In this document: positions 58,300-64,000 of the stretch, one piece after another
Position numbering within the stretch: position 1 is the stretch's first letter
Layout: each line of letters begins with the position of its first letter
Source of the DNA: a bacterium
GTDB taxonomy: Bacteria > Electryoneota > Electryoneia > Electryoneales > Electryoneaceae
Reading direction: 5' to 3'
DNA length: 64,000 bases
NCBI GenBank assembly: GCA_963675295.2
Contig: CAXXKJ010000002.1
Coordinates: forward strand, 1,184,001-1,248,000
Position numbers and translations under genes: made by a program
Notes under the pieces: model-generated
Databases searched by the model: none
Told to the model about the DNA's origin: nothing
What the model saw: the letters and a program-made list of their open reading frames with translations, nothing else

Positions 58300-59616
58300 T
58301 CAGGGCTTCATCCGGTACATCATCCGCGGGAACGGGATGCATTCACGCAGGTGGTCGCGTCCGGCGATCCACTTGACGGTCCGTTCGAGGCCGAGTCCGA
58401 AGCCGGCGTGCGGCACGCTGCCGTAGCGGCGCAGGTCGAGGTACCATTCAAACGGTTCCATCGGCAAGTCGTGTTCCTTGATCCGAGAGACGAGCTTTTC
58501 GTAATCGTCCTCACGCACCGATCCGCCGATCAACTCGCCGGCATCCTCGGGGCCGATCATGTCAAAGCCGAGGACACGATCCGGTTCGTTTTCGTCCCGC
58601 TTCATGTAGAACGCCTTGAACTCGGCCGGGAAGTGCGTCACCATGATCGGACTGCTACTGTTCTCGGTGAGGATCGACTCGTGCCGCGCACCGAAGTCCT
58701 CGCCATGCGTGAACGGCGCGCCTTCCTCCTCCGGATGCTCAGCGGCGTACTTGAGCAGGATGTCGGCGGCCTTGTCGTAATGTATCCGTGGGAACGGACG
58801 CTTGACCGCTTCGAGCTTGCTGATGTCGCGTTCGAGGTCTTCCAGCTCGGGCCGGCGTTTCTCCAGCACTCGCTCGAGGATGTACATCGTCATATCCTCG
58901 GCGAGTTGCATGTCACCGTCGAGATCGAGGTACGCCACTTCCGGTTCCATCATCCAGAACTCGGTCAGGTGACGCCGCGTCTTGGATTTCTCCGCACGGA
59001 AGGTTGGGCCGAAGGTGTAGATCCGTCCGTGCGCCATCGCCCCGGCCTCGCCGTACAGCTGGCCGGACTGCGACAGGTAGGCGGAGGTATCGAAATAGCT
59101 CACCTCGAACAGGTCCGTCGTCCCTTCGACGGCGTTCGGGGTAAACATCGGCGTATCAAACAGCAGGAAGCCGCGGTTGTTGAAGAAGTCGCGGATCGCC
59201 CAGATGATTTCGTGACGAATGCGCAGCACGGCGTGCTGCTTCTTCGACCGCAGCCACAGGTGGCGGTTGTCGAGCAGGAACGCGTCGCCGTGTTCCTTCG
59301 GCGAGATCGGATAGTCGACCGACTCGCCGACCAGTTCGACGGCCTTGGCGACGATTTCGTGTCCACCCGGCGCGCGCTCGTCAGCGTTCACCGTGCCCCG
59401 CACCTTCAGCGAACACTCCTGCGTCATCCCCTTGGCGAGTTCGAACACCTCTTCGCCGAGGTCGCTTTTGGCGACGATACATTGCACGATCCCGCTGCCA
59501 TCGCGCACCTGCAGAAAACGTAACTTGTTGTTGCCGCGCTGGATGTACAGCCAGCCAGCGATTTCAACGTCTTCACCCACATGACGTGACAGATCTTCCA
59601 CGTACACGCGCATCAT
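58300..59616 (-). CDS. asnS: Asparagine--tRNA ligase
   Basis: OB fold, YLSQSGQLY, FRAEKSKTRRHLTEFWMMEPE, ELIGGS, PHAGFGLGLER. Confidence 0.95.
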   Translation of the reverse strand: MMRVYVEDLSRHVGEDVEIAGWLYIQRGNNKLRFLQVRDGSGIVQCIVAKSDLGEEVFELAKGMTQECSLKVRGTVNADERAPGGHEIVAKAVELVGESVDYPISPKEHGDAFLLDNRHLWLRSKKQHAVLRIRHEIIWAIRDFFNNRGFLLFDTPMFTPNAVEGTTDLFEVSYFDTSAYLSQSGQLYGEAGAMAHGRIYTFGPTFRAEKSKTRRHLTEFWMMEPEVAYLDLDGDMQLAEDMTMYILERVLEKRRPELEDLERDISKLEAVKRPFPRIHYDKAADILLKYAAEHPEEEGAPFTHGEDFGARHESILTENSSSPIMVTHFPAEFKAFYMKRDENEPDRVLGFDMIGPEDAGELIGGSVREDDYEKLVSRIKEHDLPMEPFEWYLDLRRYGSVPHAGFGLGLERTVKWIAGRDHLRECIPFPRMMYRMKP

Positions 59617-60623
59617 AAGTGCTGCTCCACTTTCAACGAGCGGGTCATCAGTTCGACGACCGCGGTTTTGGCTTCCAGTCCTTCGAAAAGGATCTCATTT
59701 ACCTTATGGACAATCGGGAGTTCGACTCCCAGCTTCTGGCCCAGGTTGTACCCGGCGCGGGTGGTGGTGACACCTTCCGCAACCATGGTCATGTTCTTCA
59801 GGATGTCGTCCAGCGTGCGGCCCTTGCCGAGCTGCTCGCCGACGAAACGGTTTCGGCTGTGCCGGGACGTACACGTGGTAATCATGTCACCCATGCCGGA
59901 CAATCCGGCGAAGGTTTCCCGCTGTCCGCCGAGCGCGACACCGAGCCGGGTGATCTCGTGCAGCCCTCGTGTCATCAACGCGCCGCGCGTGTTGTCACCG
60001 AAGCCGAGACCGTCACACATCCCGGTCGCCAGCGCGATAATGTTCTTCAACGCACCGCCGAGTTCAACACCGACGAGATCATCGCCGGCGTACACGCGGA
60101 AGGTCGGGCAGCTCATCCAATGCTGCACCTTCTCCGCCAGTGCGAGGCTCGGCCCGGCGGTGACCACCGTCGTTGGAATCCCGCGCGACACCTCTTCCGC
60201 GTGACTCGGTCCTGACAGAACCAGGTACCGCTCGAGCACCTCTTCGCCGAGGATCTCCGCCGTGACTTCCGACATCCTCAGCAGTGTGCCTTCCTCGATG
60301 CCCTTCGCCGCGCCGATGATCGTCGTGTTGCGAATCTGATCCGGGTTGATCTGCTTCAACACCTGTCGTACAACCTGCGCCGGCACAACCATTAGCATCA
60401 CTTCGGCCTCGTCCACCGCTTCCGACAAGTCGGACGTGACTTCGAGCGCGTCCGGGAACGGTGGGCCGGGCAGAAATTCCCGGTTTTCCCGGTCCTTCTG
60501 CAACTGCAGGGCGGCGTCCGGCCGGAATTCCCACAGACGGACACGATGCTCACTCTGTTCCGCCAGCATGATCGCCAGCGCGGTACCCCAACTACCGGCC
60601 CCGAGAATACTGAAATTCGCCAT
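59613..60623 (-). CDS. gpsA: NAD(P)H-dependent glycerol-3-phosphate dehydrogenase
   Basis: GAGSWGTALA, KGIE, SGPSHAEE, GGALKNIIA, GDMITTC, SRN. Confidence 0.95.
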   Translation of the reverse strand: MANFSILGAGSWGTALAIMLAEQSEHRVRLWEFRPDAALQLQKDRENREFLPGPPFPDALEVTSDLSEAVDEAEVMLMVVPAQVVRQVLKQINPDQIRNTTIIGAAKGIEEGTLLRMSEVTAEILGEEVLERYLVLSGPSHAEEVSRGIPTTVVTAGPSLALAEKVQHWMSCPTFRVYAGDDLVGVELGGALKNIIALATGMCDGLGFGDNTRGALMTRGLHEITRLGVALGGQRETFAGLSGMGDMITTCTSRHSRNRFVGEQLGKGRTLDDILKNMTMVAEGVTTTRAGYNLGQKLGVELPIVHKVNEILFEGLEAKTAVVELMTRSLKVEQHL

Positions 60624-60626
60624 CGT

Positions 60627-61283
60627 CTATCCGTCCTCGTTCGATCCGTCCGCCACGTGCATCGGCAATTCCTCCCGGCGGAGGATACGCATGATGTTTC
60701 GCCGATGTGTCAGCGCCAGTAGTAACGGAACCGTCATGCCCCAAACCAGCGACTGCGGATCCATGTTTCCTTCCCGGAAGTACAACAGCACCGGGAAGAC
60801 CACCGCCGCGGCCAGCGTTCCTGCGGAAAAGCGCTTCCACAGATACAAGGCACCACCGTAGACCAGCAGCGCCAGCGTTGTCGCCTGCGGTGCGAGGGCA
60901 AACATCGCACCCAGCCCGGTCGCCGCGCCCTTGCCACCCTTGAACTTGAGGAACGGGCTGAACACGTGCCCGGCAAACGCCGCCAGTGCAATCCACCCCA
61001 TCACCGCGATTTCGTTCTGCGCGAAATACGGGTTGGTCATAGATCCGGCCACCCGTTTGATCAACCAGACCGGAAAGTACCCCTTGAACACGTCGATCAG
61101 CAGCGTCGCAGTGGCCCATTGCGCACCGAGGATACGGTACACGTTGGACGCGCCCGGATTGCCGCTGCCGTGCTCCAGGATATTGATGCCTTTCACCCTG
61201 CGGGCCACGATCACCGCCGTGGGCAGCGCGCCGGAGAAGTAGGCCGCCAACATGGCAAAAAGCAAGAGGGTGATGGATTCCAC
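60627..61283 (-). CDS. plsY: Acyl-phosphate glycerol-3-phosphate acyltransferase
   Basis: GSGNPGASNVYR, DVFKG, GH.FS.FL.FKGGKG, HRRNI.R; GTG start after GGAGGAG. Confidence 0.93.
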   Translation of the reverse strand: MESITLLLFAMLAAYFSGALPTAVIVARRVKGINILEHGSGNPGASNVYRILGAQWATATLLIDVFKGYFPVWLIKRVAGSMTNPYFAQNEIAVMGWIALAAFAGHVFSPFLKFKGGKGAATGLGAMFALAPQATTLALLVYGGALYLWKRFSAGTLAAAVVFPVLLYFREGNMDPQSLVWGMTVPLLLALTHRRNIMRILRREELPMHVADGSNEDG

Positions 61284-61793
61284 GAGTACTCCTCCGCAAA
61301 GATGATCCAATGTACGCAGGGAGTGCCCGAATCGGAGGGCTGCCGAGGGGTGAAACGATCCTCCAGAATCACCCCGCTTTCACCTCACGGAGGTGTACAA
61401 AGTGGGTGAAGAGCCCATCGAAAAAACTGGCGAAGAGTTATTGAAGCAGACGGATACACGAAGAACAGCCCCGGAATCAATTTCCGAATTCTTATAAATA
61501 GTCTCAAAGTGTAGTGGGTCTGATATAAGAATGAGACGGTTTATAATATACTGATAATACTATGTTTAGAGTTAACTCAATTTGGAGTTTCGGCGAAGAG
61601 AGCCATGAGAGCCCCTCTCGGCGTTGGGTTTTGCAAAAGTTATAATTCTGATGCAATTTATATCCACTTGTTGTAACGTGTTGTAGCGCATAGGGGACAG
61701 TACTTCGATTTACAGTTTTTGGACGGCAGGGTCAGTGCGACGTGCCGCAGCAGCCATTTATGATCTGGCACTCAGGGGATTCTGGCGGAAGCG

Positions 61794-64000
61794 ATGAACG
61801 GAAACGTCTCGTCCAACGGTTGGCATCGGTTGTTGCAGCGTCAATTGCAACACCACTCTCTCAACCTGGCCGTAATCCCTCCTGACGTAATCCAGTTGAT
61901 TGAGACGGTCAACAAAACCTACATGCAGTACGACCTGCAGTTGGATTCCAGCAACGGTGTCCGTGCGGAGGCCCAGCAGGAACTGTTGGCCACCTTGAAC
62001 GGATCCCAGCATACCCTTCCCGAACAGATCGTCGGCCCGGTCGCGTGCATTGGCAACGACTCGTTGGCGACGAAGGGCCACAACGGTGTCAGCGGCCATT
62101 CTGCAAACGATAGCATGGTGGCTCCGCCTTCGAACGGCAATGGGCAGAGTGGCAACGGGCACAAGAGCAACGGGCACAACGGCACCGGCGTCAGCGATGG
62201 CAATGGGAACGGCAGGCATGCGTTGCAGGTTCCTGAGGAAACCGATCCGTGGCTGCGTGCCATCTTTAACTCGCTTGACGAAGCGGTGGTCGTGTTGGAT
62301 CAGAACCTGTTGGTTGCCAATGTCAACGAGGCAGCTGAAAGACTATTCCAGTATTCTCGCGAAGAGCTTTGTGGCAATGATGTATCCCTTGCTTTCCCAT
62401 CAAAGGCTGCTTACGAACAGCTTCGTGATACCCTGCATAACCAGTTGCTGAAGAGTGAATCTGTCACACACCGGATTATGTTCAAACGGCGTGATGGCAG
62501 CGAATTCCCCGCTGAGAATACTGTATCGCGCTTACGGGACCGGGAGGGGAAAGCGCTGGGTGTTGTCTGTGTCATGCATGACCTGACCGAAGCCAGTCGT
62601 CAGGAACGAATCCGCAACATCGCCAGCAACATCTCCGAAGCGGCGTTGCTGCTGGATAGTGTCGAAGAGCTTTGTAAACACATCCACAATCAGATTGGCA
62701 CGTTGCTGGACGCCCGCAACTTCTTCGTCGCACTCTACCATCCGGAACACGGCACCTACACCCTGCCGTACATCGTGGACCAGTTCGACAACGAAGCGTT
62801 CGCCGACGTCGGTGAGATTCGGATGGAACACTCAGTGACGGACTACGTCCGGCGTACGGGTGAACCACAGTTGGTGGATCCGGACCGCTGGGAAGCACTT
62901 GAACAATCGGGCGAGATTCGCTTGATCGGGACGCAATCCTACCACTGGATGGGCGTACCGCTTCGTTCCCGCGAAGGGGTTACCGGTGTTGTCGTGGTGC
63001 AAACGTACGACGAAGCCCAGCGATACACGGACGAACATTTCGATCTGATGATCCGTGTGTCGGAACAGATCGGGCACGCGGTCGAACGGAAGCGCGCGGA
63101 GCAGAACCTCCGCTATAGCGAAGAACGCAACCGAGCGATTCTTAACGCGTTGCCGGACCTGATGTTCGTGTTCGATCGGGATGGAGTTTTCAAGGACTTT
63201 ACGGCGTCAAATCACGATCTGCTGCTGATGCCGCCGGAAGTATTCCTTAACAAGTCAGCGCTTGAGGTGTTGCCGCCCGAGTTAGGGCAGCGGACCATGC
63301 AGGAAATCCAGTCGGTGTTTGAAACCGGAAAGCCGCAGATCTACGAATACTCCTTGGAAATCAAGAATGAGGAGCACTGGTTCGAATGCCGTATGGTGCT
63401 GGCTGCTGAAAACGAAGTGCTGAACATCGTCCGTGACACCACCAGCCAGAAGCGCGCGGAACGTGAGAAGCAGAACATTGAAAACCGGATGCAGCACGCG
63501 CAGAAGCTGGAGAGTCTCGGCGTGTTGGCCGGTGGGATCGCGCACGACTTCAACAACTTGCTGGTCGGCATCATGGGCAACGCGAACCTCGCGTTAACCC
63601 GCATGGCGGAAGAAGACGGCGAACGGCAGCTGGTGGAAAACATTCAGACCGCGGCGATGCGTGCCGCTGACCTGACCCGCCAGATGCTGGCCTACTCGGG
63701 CAAGGGTTCGTTTGTCATCGAACCGCTCGACCTGTCGCAGGCGATCGAGGAAATGGCGCATCTGCTCGAAGTCTCGATCTCGAAGCAGTGCGAGCTGAAG
63801 TATGATTTCGGCGACAACGTTCCGATGGTGCAGGGGGATGCGACGCAGATCCGTCAGGTGGTGATGAACCTGATCACCAACGCCTCCGACGCGATCGGCG
63901 ACAATCCGGGACGGATCATGGTCCGCACCGGCACTACAGTGGTCACCGAGGAATCAGTGCGTGGGATTTACCTCAACAGTGATCTGGAAGTCGGGCCGTA
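61794..64000 (+). CDS. PAS-GAF-PAS sensor histidine kinase (3'-truncated by window edge)
   Basis: Manual translation: HRLLQRQL N-terminus, PAS (KRRDGSEFP), GAF (NFFVALY...WMGVPL), PAS, H-box GGIAHDFNNLL, N-box QVVMNLITNASDAI, all in one frame; absent from the ORF track because there is no stop. Confidence 0.9.
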   Translation, partial: MNGNVSSNGWHRLLQRQLQHHSLNLAVIPPDVIQLIETVNKTYMQYDLQLDSSNGVRAEAQQELLATLNGSQHTLPEQIVGPVACIGNDSLATKGHNGVSGHSANDSMVAPPSNGNGQSGNGHKSNGHNGTGVSDGNGNGRHALQVPEETDPWLRAIFNSLDEAVVVLDQNLLVANVNEAAERLFQYSREELCGNDVSLAFPSKAAYEQLRDTLHNQLLKSESVTHRIMFKRRDGSEFPAENTVSRLRDREGKALGVVCVMHDLTEASRQERIRNIASNISEAALLLDSVEELCKHIHNQIGTLLDARNFFVALYHPEHGTYTLPYIVDQFDNEAFADVGEIRMEHSVTDYVRRTGEPQLVDPDRWEALEQSGEIRLIGTQSYHWMGVPLRSREGVTGVVVVQTYDEAQRYTDEHFDLMIRVSEQIGHAVERKRAEQNLRYSEERNRAILNALPDLMFVFDRDGVFKDFTASNHDLLLMPPEVFLNKSALEVLPPELGQRTMQEIQSVFETGKPQIYEYSLEIKNEEHWFECRMVLAAENEVLNIVRDTTSQKRAEREKQNIENRMQHAQKLESLGVLAGGIAHDFNNLLVGIMGNANLALTRMAEEDGERQLVENIQTAAMRAADLTRQMLAYSGKGSFVIEPLDLSQAIEEMAHLLEVSISKQCELKYDFGDNVPMVQGDATQIRQVVMNLITNASDAIGDNPGRIMVRTGTTVVTEESVRGIYLNSDLEVGP

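Noticed and set aside
61310-61790. AT-rich stretch as a possible foreign islet
   Set aside because: It lies between divergent genes (plsY and the kinase) and has no ORF; best explained as promoter DNA

Overview
A 64-kb, GC-rich (roughly 60% by eye) chromosomal segment of a diderm bacterium. Four secreted proteins carry 'PNPFN...K-x-x-L-[IML]-[RK]' C-terminal (T9SS type-A/FlgD-like) domains and there is a bS22-like peptide; from this I infer an FCB-associated lineage (Calditrichota/Electryoneota-like), which is not verified. Most genes are housekeeping: two SppA peptidases, a class IV aminotransferase, a Kef-type antiporter, a sigma-54 two-component pair, suhB, an MltD-LysM protein, HU, xseAB, nadK, dcd, class II RNR (nrdJ) with NrdR boxes, rmuC, hutI, a GGDEF protein, glgA, asnS, gpsA and plsY. 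There is a partial HicB antitoxin at the left edge and a partial PAS/GAF histidine kinase at the right edge; neither is in the ORF track. I found no rRNA, tRNA, CRISPR array, integrase or transposase. The most notable unexplained structures are: (1) about six different intergenic REP-like hairpin families that all share one 5' foot (RTGCCC) and are assembled into mosaics; (2) a secreted-protein gene with a low-GC core flanked by direct copies of one of these elements, with a paralog showing the same compositional mosaic; (3) a PorV/FadL-like barrel fused to SppA; (4) a lone AT-rich DUF4238 gene; (5) a ~470-nt putative nrdJ leader; and (6) Asn-Gly-His-rich linkers in two unrelated proteins. All product calls come from motif recognition by eye, not from database searches.
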